DNA of 64,000 nt from Dimorphilus gyrociliatus (lineage: Eukaryota > Animalia > Annelida): assembly GCA_904063045.1 (NCBI GenBank), contig CAJFCJ010000002.1, positions 1,634,422 through 1,698,421 of the forward strand, given 5' to 3'. Every line of letters begins with the position of its first letter. Positions within the stretch are counted from its first letter, which is position 1. Shown piece by piece: positions 52,982-64,000 of this stretch. Under the pieces are notes generated by a model, which was not told the origin of the DNA, did no database searches, and saw only the letters and a program-made list of their open reading frames with translations. The translations under genes and the position numbers were made by a program.

Positions 52982-53091
52982 TATTGTTTACCGGCATGGA
53001 ATGCAGTTCCGATTCGGTCAAACTGAAGTGTCATTGAAGGCAGATCTCTGTGCCTGTTTGATTGTACGACGACAGATGTCGCTTCCATCAT
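52981..53091 (-). other. 36-codon upstream ORF whose stop overlaps the ATG of the folate-receptor-like gene (TAATG)
   Basis: ATG ATG GAA GCG ... GGT AAA CAA TAA, open for 111 nt. The last A of TAA (52981) is the A of the main ATG. Confidence 0.6.
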
Positions 53092-53260
53092 TCTATCCGT
53101 ACAATTTTCTTCGAAAGTTTCTTTAACATTTGAAATAAAAGATTAAAAGGAAGAGCAAATGGTCAGAATCCTTCACTTTGAATATAATTATAACAATAAA
53201 TAAATGTCCATTTCTCAATACTTTTCTATGTTGCACAATTCTTAACTATTTCAGACTTTT

Positions 53261-56200
53261 TTATTTATTTTGCTCATAAAATGCTTTTCCATCTTTGAAC
53301 AGATTACAAAATTTCCAATTACTATAAATCATAACAAAACCTATAAAACAACATAAGAAACCAATACCAATGATTGAAACTGTTGAATCAATCTCCTGTG
53401 GGAAGCAGCAAACCCATACGGCAATATCATCATTTAAATTACAAATTGAATAATTTGTATCGATAATAAAAACTTTGAAAGTGAATAGAGTGTTTTTTTT
53501 TACATTAAATGTTACGGAATTATGAGATTTGTTTAATATTTCATATTTCCTATCAGTTGGCAATTCTAATTCTAAACTTGGCTCGTCTGAAAAGCATTTT
53601 CGATAATTCTTAAATTTCCATATTTTTGACTTATTCTTAACGTTGTAAGAGGTTTTTATCATTTCAGACCAAGTTTGAGCTTTGCTTTTACATCCTGCTG
53701 TCTTTTCTGTATAAGAATACTAAAGAAAACTTTAGAAAATATTCTATGTTTTAAGTAAACACGTTATTCTTACTTTGAAATCATTTCTATCATTTAATTC
53801 ATATATTATATAATCAGCTTCAACTTCTTTTATGAACTTTTCATGGTCCCACAACTCAAGAATTAAATTTAATGACTGATAATTTTTTACTATTATAGGA
53901 CAACCAAATCTTTTAAAGTTATATTGTTTGCTGGTTCCATTTGGTAGGCTATATGTCATATTCAGAAATTGATTACAAACTGTATTTCGTTTTATTTTCA
54001 GATGCTGCTTTTTACAAGATGGAATGGTAGTGGCTAAAATTATCTGATTAGGGCCACTACAAAAGCCAGTAGTTTCGAAAGGTTTGATACCTATTGTTAA
54101 AAGGCCACCTTCTCTATATTTATGATGATATCTAAATGAGACATTTACTGATTTTATTATCATATTATCCATTATTCTATAAAATAATAAGGTGTTTAAT
54201 TATAGAGGCTTTTGGAATTTCATATAAAATACTTCATTGAGTGTTTAGTTTCTATGGTAACGCCTTCCTCTCTCCCTCTTATTTTAACTAGTAAGTTGTT
54301 AAATTTAGACTGCTTATGTATAATTTCAGACCATAGTCTTATTTCTCCCGCTAAGTCTAATCTATTCGAATATTCAAGGACATTAAATTTAAGACTTTCG
54401 TAAGGACAATCAACATCTTGTAATCTTCCTTTTAGATGATATATAGCAGATGTCATTTCTGCATGTAGAGGTATTAAATTTCTGTTTATGTTTTCCTGAA
54501 AATATATTTGATATTGTCAATTACACACAAATTTTGTAAGGATAAATCTTTACAAAACTATCTCTTTCGACGACATAAAATCTATCAAGCAAACTATAGA
54601 GCATCAGATTAGCCGTTTTATGAAAAAGAGGATCCAATTTTACGCACTGAGTCGCAGAATTTGTAACTAATATTAATTGATTCCCTCTTTCTAATAAAAG
54701 TATTACTCCTAAGTCATTTGATTTCACAGATTTTACGTAAGACAAGTAGCAAGGAGTGTCGGAATGTATATTCTTAACTTTTCCAAAGTAATTTTCATTT
54801 TCTCTGCTATATAAAACTTGTGACGATTGCCAAATTAAAAACTCTCTCTCGATTGAAGGTAAGATACTAAGGAATAAATCATCGTTTCGATCGACACTAT
54901 GAATTACGCTTAGGAGTATTTCTAAATTATCAGTTAAATAGTTCCAAAGGTAAACTTTTAGTATTCCTGTATGGTCTTCCAAAGCAACAATAGCTCCTCC
55001 ATGGACGATATCAGGAACGATATCTCTAATCTGTAATAGGGCATAGAAAATGAGAACTGAATAATTGAACATAGGTGGATATTTGATTTATTTAAACTTT
55101 AACTGTCATCCATCCTAAGAGCACCCTAAAATTCTTTAAAACGTATTTGTTATTGGTATTCGAATGTCTTATGTAAGCCAAGTTATGGTTAAACACAATA
55201 GAAGTTCTTTGCTTGGTATTTGCTAGTGGATGCAAAATTTTACATATGGCAATTGAGGACGTAGAAATATTTGTTATATCAAAAGTAATTTCGTCTGCAA
55301 GAGAAATATATAAACTATTCCTGTCTAACATCCAAATCCTTTTATCGATGAGTAAATAGATATAATTATCATCTATGGCAGCATCTGTAGCCTCAGGAGA
55401 GGTCTTTAAAGTAAAGATAAATCTTATAATGTAAAGGACAACAGGGACTCAGTATAGAATTTTATGTTACGAACAATTTGTTCTCTCTTGAAATTGCCAT
55501 ATATACTTTTACTTGTTATAAAACCATCTTCAGTTAGTTTAATTATTTTCCTATAAGGAAGAAAAGGTGAGCATTTCCATTATGAAGCTGAAATATAAAG
55601 GTGATTACGAGTCTAGGAAAATGGCAACGTGAGGTTTACAGCTGTCCTGTTAATTTTTGCATTAACTTATGTTTAAACTTGTTAAATGACAAGGACTCAA
55701 GTAACGACGCGTTTTTACTTACTATAACAATTTTTGGCTGATTTGTTGGATGACCTCGAATTTTTGAGAGCTGCTTGAAGTGAATAAATTGGTACAAACC
55801 AGGCACATTCAATTGTAATCACCAACCTCTCTACTTTCAAAGAATGGATTCGGGTTAAAAGGCTCAATTAGAACAAACGTGTCTCTATAAGAAAAAACTT
55901 ATGATAGATCTAGTAACAAATTTCTTCGGGGCTTTGACCGTTATAGTTGTGTATACTACCTTACTTTTGCGTCATCAATGTAAGTATTAAAGCCATCTAG
56001 CATAATTGCAAATCTGAATGCTGTTAATGTTGGTAAATTTAATTTAAGTTTGGAGCAATCTATATCTATGTAGCTACAATTAGGATAATAGACAATGTAG
56101 AATCATAAAAATTAGCATTTAAGTTTGATACCCTTCTTCATAGTTTATATGATATGCATCTCGTAAATCGCTATCTTCATAGAAGATGTCCCTTTGGTAG

Positions 56201-57145
56201 GGATGTTTAAGATAAAATTTATGACCGCTACTAAAATATAATTGAGTTAAGGCTTTTGAACTCTGAGGAGAAAGGAGATTGATTTTCTTTTAGAAAACTT
56301 CTTAAGAAAATTATTTCAGAGCGTACTTGGCTTGGTAGTAGTGCCATGTTCTCTCTTTCCGCTTTACTAGCGCTATATTCATCAATTATCCATATTCTTA
56401 GAATATTCTATTTTAAAGACTCATTTTTATTTTAAAATCATATTGATATTATTTTAATTACATTCAATGGGTAGTTATTCATGTAATTATTACTAGTATC
56501 AACTTCAATTGTAGATCTTATGTACAAACAGGTGAAAAAACAAATTTCCATGAATGAATGATATGAAACCTAGATTTACTACCTAATATTTAAGAACTTG
56601 TAATACCACAAGTAAGTTGCAGACTCCCCACTTATCCTTAAATATTTGCTTTTTGATGGCGAGTACTGTTATAAAATATTTTCATTACATCTTAAATTAA
56701 TAGACGGATGTAAGATGACTCACCCATAATTTGTAAATTCCTGGATAATTACAAACAATCCTAGAATTATAATTCACTTAGTTAATTTTAAAGAAAAAGG
56801 AAAACTTAAATTCAGACATAGCTAAATGATGATCTATGAAACAATTGCTTTCTGTCTTAAATTTTACGTTTCCGCTAATAACTTTAACTTTGATCTATAA
56901 TAATAGAAAATATTAAAAAATTATAGACTATTCACATTATTAACAACTTTTTGTCTTGTTTGAAAAATTCCTGGATCATTAATTTCAAATCTTGAAGATA
57001 CAGACATACATAAATTTATATTTATAATTATATACAGCATATTAAGTTATATATTGTACAGAATTGCTATAATATACCTCCAAATTTCATTCTGATTTCT
57101 TACAATTTTAAGAATAATTAGAATAATAAAACAGCAGTGCTGCAT
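53261..57145 (-). CDS. CATSPERE: CatSper channel auxiliary subunit epsilon homologue (many small exons, signal peptide, single C-terminal TM)
   Basis: Manual splicing gives an open frame with collinear matches to remembered human CATSPERE: IWR/LWR; YLWYY/FLWYY; LRIWIIDEYSASKAE..PSQSSKALT/ITVWAYDPESADPDE..PSINSIVLS; IPLHAE..CPY/YPLHLE..CPY; FGCPI..LELWD..FIKEVEADYIIYELNDRNDF/YGCPL..VQLFD..YVKDVEANFIVWEIHGRDDY; AGCKSKAQTWSEMI/SGCLHEAQTWKSMI; NYRKCF/NYKHCF; YEILN/YEIIN; FKVFIIDTNYSICNL/FRVKILDPNYSFCNL; then a TM helix. Confidence 0.88.
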
Positions 57146-57467
57146 TGTTTTAAAAATAGTTTCACCAATATGTACAATGTTCCATTCGTTTTGTTCTATT
57201 TTCACATATTATCACTCCAATCGTTTACGTTTAAAAATTTGCGATATTACGTATTGTTTTGGTTTTTGGCCTTTTATCTCATATTTGTATTTTCCCAATT
57301 CCCCTATTGCACCCCATGAAAAAAATCAGAAAAAGTAATCGAAATTTCAGCGCCACCTATAATAATAATAATATCTGTTAATGTTTTTTGTTATAAAAAG
57401 TAAAGAAGCGAATCATTGATTTATTTGAAATAAATAGTTATTCTGTTTAATACTAAGAGTCAGTTTT

Positions 57468-60400
57468 TCAAGGTTGCAGATTCGATAATTTATTTCTCAA
57501 CTCTTTTATTACACTATCAGTCAATTTCTTGCGATTCTTCTCCTCTGGGCTTTTACGTTTTAAAGTTGTGAGAACGGATGAACCTTTATTTCTTTTTTCT
57601 CCTTCCTTCATTCTACAAGGTTAAAAAAATGAAATCTTTGATAAAAAAAAACCACAAGAGTACTCAGAACCTGCAGCAACTTACTTTTCTAGTATCGTTA
57701 ATGCAACATTGCCATCGACTCTAGAATACCTTCCCTCTGGTTTTCCAAAGTCGGACAAGTACAAGCTCCAGTCATTGTTAAGAAATAAGTCAACAACTTG
57801 CCGTAAGTCGTAAAAGGTCATTGCTAAGAAGTCATCGCCTAAATCCCCAATTAATTCTTTTGATGCTTTATTAGCAAACATTTCGCACCATACAACATCC
57901 AATTCAAATTGTTGCAAAGCCGTTAAAGTAATAGCTGTGACTTGAGGATCAGTTATCATTTTCATTAACCAGCAGGCAATATGTTTGCAAGCTGATAAGC
58001 AGCTCATTTGAAAGACGTGTTTTGGTAGATTGGCAAAAGAAACAAAGGTTGCCTCGAGATAAGTAAAAGCATCTTTTATAAATGGTGACGCTTGACCTAA
58101 TGGCACATCAGATGTCCAATCATAATCGTTACAGCTAAACATTTCGTCTAATTTTTCTTCGATATTTCGATAAATGGCCACTTCGGCCTTACCTCTAGCA
58201 TCCTTAAACATAGAACTTCCCAACAACTTAGAAGTTTGCCCTAATGTAGCATCGACGTTACTTTCTTTCGATATGAATTCTTCAAGATATACACATGATT
58301 TTTCTAAATAATCCATATTAACCGAAAGTTGTATAAGTTTTTGTTGAACCTCATATCGTGGTGTATCTATTACCTCAGCTAATGATGTGTTAAAGATTGA
58401 TAGCACTGAGTTTGCATCTTTCCTTATCATATCATCTAGTTCCGCATCACTAATTTGTAGACCTTCTGTAAAATTTCTGCACGCTAATATATACTCCAAC
58501 ACTTCCTTGAACGATTTGGGAACCATAGATGAGAAAGGTAGAGTTGTTGGAAAGGTGATATTGTCCTGCTCGTAAATTTTATAGGGAAAGTCTTTGAACA
58601 GCTTTGCATATTCTTCTTCGCTTTCTATTTCCATAGGATGATAATTATCCTCGTCTGTTATTCTCTTGAAACGATCTCGCCATTCCGATACCAAAACATT
58701 GGCATACAACTCTCTTCAGATTTTAAAATCAATTACAATAGGATGCAATTAACATAAAAATGACAAACCTCAATTGAACTAAAGTTGACTCCATTGGACT
58801 AATATCAAACCCATAGCTCTATGTGATATAGATTATTAAGCATTTAAACCGTTTTATGAAGATAGCTAAAAGTATATTTTACCTGTAAAGTTTTACAAAA
58901 AAGTAGAAGCAAGTTTTTTACTTTAAGCATATATTCAGGATCTCGAATATAAGCAGAATATTTTAATAGGTTATTTGACAAAACTTGTAGGCCTGTCTTC
59001 CATAATTTATCCAAGAAAGTTTTTCCGTCAGCAGACTTAATAGTATTCATAACATGTTCTTCTATAATGAAAAAACCAGACACTTCATGTAAATATTGCC
59101 TAAAACAATTTAATACATTTTCCCCCTGAATTGATAAAAAAAAATGCACATTAATAGCTAAATTACCGATTTATTTTATTGATAACATACAAATAGGCTG
59201 TCATCCGGCTTTTTAACAATTTGACTCTGTTTAAGGAATTTCTGTTAGCGACAGATTTATTAATTTGATCTTCTAATACATACTAATGCTTGGGGAGGAC
59301 TAAGAGCTAGTTTTGATTGTTGTTCACGCTGGTCTTGATAATATTTATCAAAATTGGATCGAATTCTCTGTAAGACAAATATTATTTACAATTATTCGAT
59401 CTATTCTTGGCAGTTAGCTTACTAGAACTTGATATATGTGCAAACATCGATAAATTGGTGAATAATCAATAGACTCTTGAGGACTCATTTTATATTCATC
59501 GCACATTTCTTCTTCAGGTTGTTGGTGACTTTCAACCTCATCTGTAAAGGGATTTGGAGCAGAAGGAGCTGAAGGAGCTGGGCGTTTCTTTTTTTTCTGA
59601 GCAACTGATTCATCGATGCCATGATTTCTCGCTGATTGTATCATTGCTAATTCGCCGATTCTACTTGTACTCTTTCGTAAATTAGTTAGAAAACTATTTA
59701 ATTCAGCTTTGGAGCGGGTTTGAATTTTCTTCCTCATCTGAAACCACTCGTTAAAATAATATAATATGTCTATTTTAGGGCATATGTTTACTTCTTGAAT
59801 AGAATCCGTCATTGATTCCGCAAATTTATAATCTCGAACCCTTGGTAAACACGAATGTTCCAATTCTTCGAGCGTTTTCAACGCCGAGTAAAACTTATTG
59901 TTATTCATTTGTTCCTCAAGTTTCTTATACATTTCGAGAACTAATTAATGTAAAGAACATTATTATTGATACAATTATCTATTTCGAAAAAATACCTGGT
60001 AAGCACATGCTGAGATGTTCTATTGCATCAGCAATGTTCTTTTGCATTTGTCGTTTAGCTAACAGTTTTTGGCCTTTGACTGTTAATTTTTTACCAGAAT
60101 CCTGTAACTCTTTGTTATTTCTCTCGATTAATCTCTATAAATAAAAGAATCTCTCCATATTTACATAAAAAAGAAATCTAATTGATATTACGAAAAGTTG
60201 ATCAACATCTGATCTAACATCTAGTAATCCCAAAATCGACTCAATAAAACTTTGATAGTGGAAGTTACACATTGTCTCAATATCCTTATCATGCTCTTTA
60301 ATTCTTTCGTCGAGTCGTATGACAAATTTTTCAGGGGCCTTTTCCTTGTAAACATTTCTATGAAAAGATCATTAGTTGAATTTAAAAATTTAGTCAACTA

Positions 60401-60547
60401 CTACCTGATAGCTGTTCCCAAATGTCCCTCAGAATTTTCTATTTCAGCTATTATCAACTTGTGTTTTTTTTCAGTTTCATCTTCTATTTTATCAAGACCA
60501 TTCTCATCCGAAACAACTGATGTTCCGCCTCCATCAGCAGCCGCCAT
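57468..60547 (-). CDS. EXOC6: Exocyst complex component 6 (Sec15)
   Basis: YSALKTLEELEHSCLP, IDYSPIYRCLHIY, YLHEVSGFFIIEEHVM, FPTTLPFSSMVP, KLIQLSVNMDYLE..C..LEEFI, FYDLRQVVDLF..DW..YL.D.GK..GRY.RV. ATG GCG GCT at 60547. Confidence 0.95.
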
Positions 60548-61215
60548 TTTTCAATTTCGGTACTACTAAACTATAGTCATTGTTAGTATGTCTAATATCA
60601 AGACAGATATCAAAAGAAGCAACTAAGGATAATTGTGTTTTTTTACCGATCATCTTCTACTTGTTGTCAACAATTTTGTTCCTTAATAGAGTATTTACAT
60701 ACTACTTTTAGCTATAAAATACATTTTTTTCTTGTAAAATAAATTGGATAAAATTTTTAGAATAATATCAACACTTTATATTTCATTCGTCTAAAAGCTT
60801 CTATATTGCTACTTAATCGTTTAGTTCAAATGGTATATGACTATCTTTTAATAATGTATCTTGCTTAGTTTTATAGTACAGCCTGACTCGATAGGTTTTT
60901 CGCAGAATTTCAATTGCAATTATAGTAGTATTCAAAGCTTATATTGCTGATATGAATATTCAATATATTAAGTGGTAAATAAGTATTTAATCATGAATAT
61001 TTATGAGGTTTATTAAACGTTAAGTCATAATGAAGTAAATACTTATCAAACAATATACTGCCTCAACAAGATAACAGATCACAAAAACAAAGACGCTTTT
61101 AATTTCATTTTATACGTGACATTACATTGAAAATGGCACAGGAGAAAGCTTCTTCCAAAAGTGACAAATACACATGAAGCAGTCAAACCTTTTTTGTCTG
61201 TAAATGTTTCTTTCA

Positions 61216-61241
61216 CATATATATATATATATATATATATT
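61216..61241. repeat. (TA)n microsatellite
   Basis: TA run between EXOC6 and the PLCG 3' end. Confidence 0.9.
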
Positions 61242-61451
61242 AGTATTAGAATTAGTATATTGTTTTTATTGAATTTGTTTTTAATTGGATTATGTATACT
61301 CTTTTGTCGGTTATCTTTAGATGTTAGGAGAAACTTAAGACGAATGCGAGGGAAGTAGATATCCTTCGTTTCTTTTTTTGTATTGACTATTGAAAAATAA
61401 ATAAAGGAAGAGGAATTATGGTTTTAAATAGGCTTTTTTTATGTTATAAAC

Positions 61452-64000
61452 TTACTCTATCTCTCTCTTACGTCTCGTTTCTTGTAGATCTTTTTCGATT
61501 GCACAGAGTTCCGTTTTAATTGACTCGCTTTTAGGATTCATTCTTAGCTGCTCCCTTAATAAATCTGATCTGCTTTTGAGATCAGCAAAATTCGAGTAAA
61601 TATCACTATTACCATCTTTCTTCGGATAAGTTATGTCTATATGGACTAGTAGGGCAGCTAAGTCTAACGGCTCTCCGAAACCATTCCTTAGGGGTACAGA
61701 ACGATATCCAGGACGAATTAATGTTACTGGAATACAGCATTGCCCGAGGAAAACCTTATCGCTAAACATATCCTCGTGACAGACATAGAACCTCAAAACA
61801 GCTATAGATGGATTAGCGATATCAAATATTCGTTGTGCTTTCCATACTGGACACAAGGCATTATATTCAACAGAATGAGTTCTCCAAATACTATTATCAC
61901 ATTTTGCCCCAATTATTTCCAATTCGACATATGGACTAGCAACATGCTTACCTCCTACAGCTAAATGACGACCACCCAGGACACAAACTGCTAAGGTCAT
62001 TGGTTCATCTAATTGTTCAATTGATTCTTTCGAAAACGGATTATATGTGATATCTTGTTTATTCATAAAGTCCGGTCTTAGCACATAACCGCATTTTCCA
62101 TTTCGTCTAAAGAATCCTTCATTTAATTGAAGATTTTTATCACCAGTTTGATAATTTAGTGAAACTAATTGACATCCACACAACCAAGACCACATTGGAT
62201 TAAAGTTAGACGAGTCAAATCTATTTCCTCTTGGATAAATTCTTGATAATTGTGATTTATTAAAGTTTAAAAGTTTTAGGCAATTTTCTTCATTACACTT
62301 ATTACCTTTATAAGATATATAGCTATCAATTTTTGATTCAGATATGGAGCACAACTCTTTATGGTTTGCCATGTTATTGCAAGATTTCTCTATCGATTTC
62401 TCAAAAGACGCCGTTCTGCAATATACAATCAAATCTGACAACTCTTTGGCTACATTCAATTTTTTCTGCGTCCTCAATTGATAACCGATAGCACTCTTGA
62501 CACGTTTCTGGCATTCTTCTATTTTTGTGCACCATTCAGTTTTCTCTGTCTCATTTTGAGCTCTAAAACGAACTTCAAAATTATTTTGATTTACTGCGAA
62601 TCTGTAGACGTTTCCCTTAACTTTACTAGTTTGTATTACAAATTCACAAGGATAAGAACCAGCATCCTTAACTGGCTTAATAATGTCTGATAAATCAAAT
62701 TCTCCCCTGGAGCTTTCAGTCTCCATTTCTTGCTCTTCACTATCCTCATCTTCGACTTCTTTAACATAACTATGTGGAAATAACTTTTGAATTTGACCCC
62801 GTAAGTCTCCCTTCCAATATCCATTATCTGTCTCGTCCTTTACAACATTTTCAATTATGTCGTCTTTTTCGAAGGTCAATTCGTCAGGTAATTGACCAGT
62901 GTATGGAAAGAGGGCAACGACTTTTTGAGAATAATCCTACGTAAACAATGATAATTATTTTATCACAAGTAAACATAGAGAAATTAATTTTCTAACCGAA
63001 ATGTTCACTTCATCGAGATCTAGATAGTTTCTTGGTACTTGATAGATAGAATATAAATCTGGTTCCTAGAAATATGAGTACCAAGAGAATATATGAATTT
63101 AAATATTTATAAGTAAATTTTATTAAATTAGCAAACTCACTCCTCCGATTTCGTCCAGTAGAGTTTGTGTTACTGGCTCAGTAAGTTTTGTGCCTCTATA
63201 TAATTTGTTCTTCTTGTAATAATCGACTAGCGACGTTAACTTTGTAAAGCTTTGATTTCCAATCTATATAAAAACATATAAATACATATACTGTATATAA
63301 GAGTTTTCGCAAAGAATACGTGTCATATATATTAATCTATTCATACATTTTATATAAGCATAAAGTTTTATATGAATAAAATATGATTTATTGAGAAAAA
63401 GCTGAAAATGTAGACACTTAGTATTTTATGCACGACTACTCACATGAAATAGCTCTCCTTCATAAATAATTTTGCAGTGACGAACTCTTCTTGATGTTCT
63501 AAAGGATAATGTAAATTTCTCCAAGTCTATGTTAGGATGTTTTGTGATGTTTCTTATTAGAAATACGCCATCTTTACGAATTCGGGACAAGTCATGTTCT
63601 GCAACCTTTCGGTTCATACCAGCTTTAAACCATCTGTATAAATAATCATAAATAAGTAATTAAGCAATTTACTAGCTTTATTTAAAATTACGGTTGAAAG
63701 AAAAAATTCATTTTAGCTGGTACAGGATTTGTTAAGGTTTGATGAAAGTTGGCAGTTTTTAGAGGTTTTGTTCTATAATGGTGGACAAGTTCTTGAAGAC
63801 TATCGAATTTGTGGCTGTGCGTCAAGTAAAATTGACTATTTTCACTTCTTTTTATAATACAATGATGTTTATCAGTTCCTCTCAGAAATGATAAGGCAAA
63901 CTGTCCACGAAATTTGTCAGAGCAACGAACGAGAAACGTTCCGTCCTGAGGACTTACAGAATTAGAAATAAGGTCTTCAGCGCCTCTTCTAGATAATTCG
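61452..64000 (-). CDS. PLCG: Phospholipase C gamma, 3' part (nSH2, cSH2, SH3, split-PH C-half, Y domain, C2); continues beyond the window
   Basis: nSH2 DGTFLVR, cSH2 DGVFLIR..RHCKI, SH3 VALFPY..DELTF..YWKGDL, Y box ELSDLIVYC..QLSRIYPRGNRFDSSNFNP..GCQLVSLNYQT, C2 PYVELEI..GYRSVPLRN. Confidence 0.96.

Noticed and set aside
57150-57360. Signal-peptide-like frame (LKFRLLFLIF..) upstream of CATSPERE as its first exon
   Set aside because: It needs a frameshift in a T7 run, whereas the ATG at 57145 already gives a signal peptide and an IWR motif that splices in frame.
61133-61358. Possible micro-gene (MAQEKASSK..VRRNLRRMRGK) between EXOC6 and PLCG
   Set aside because: It depends on arbitrary splice choices, is about 20 aa long, has no homology I recognise and overlaps a TA microsatellite.

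Overview
Gene-dense, AT-rich eukaryotic (metazoan) DNA. Most introns are GT-AG and only ~45-70 bp, and there is little intergenic sequence. This fits a miniaturised invertebrate genome; the compact annelid Dimorphilus gyrociliatus is my guess (inference only). I reconstructed 23 protein-coding genes by splicing exons by hand. In order: NMNAT (5' part), DCAF10, PEMT, UTP14, MRPS21, PIK3C3/Vps34, an intronless orphan RING protein, HEATR1/UTP10, PCYT2, a MICAL-like protein, JMJD8, an SLC5 symporter with a decayed mariner transposon in one intron, a small secreted Cys-rich protein, an NHLH/HEN bHLH factor, a claudin/PMP22-like protein, POLR3D, INTS5, a KCTD6/21-like protein, CENATAC/CCDC84, a GPI-type folate-receptor-fold protein, CATSPERE, EXOC6/Sec15 and PLC-gamma (3' part). 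The most striking feature is an apparently intact multi-exon CatSper-epsilon homologue (53261-57145, minus strand). It belongs to a sperm Ca2+ channel complex regarded as lost from most protostomes. Directly downstream lies a folate-receptor/Juno-fold gene whose ATG overlaps the stop codon of a 36-codon uORF (TAATG). Family assignments come from comparison with remembered protein sequences, not from database searches. No rRNA, tRNA or CRISPR features were recognised. The ORF track uses bacterial TTG/GTG starts and ignores introns, so many of its entries are fragments or spurious.
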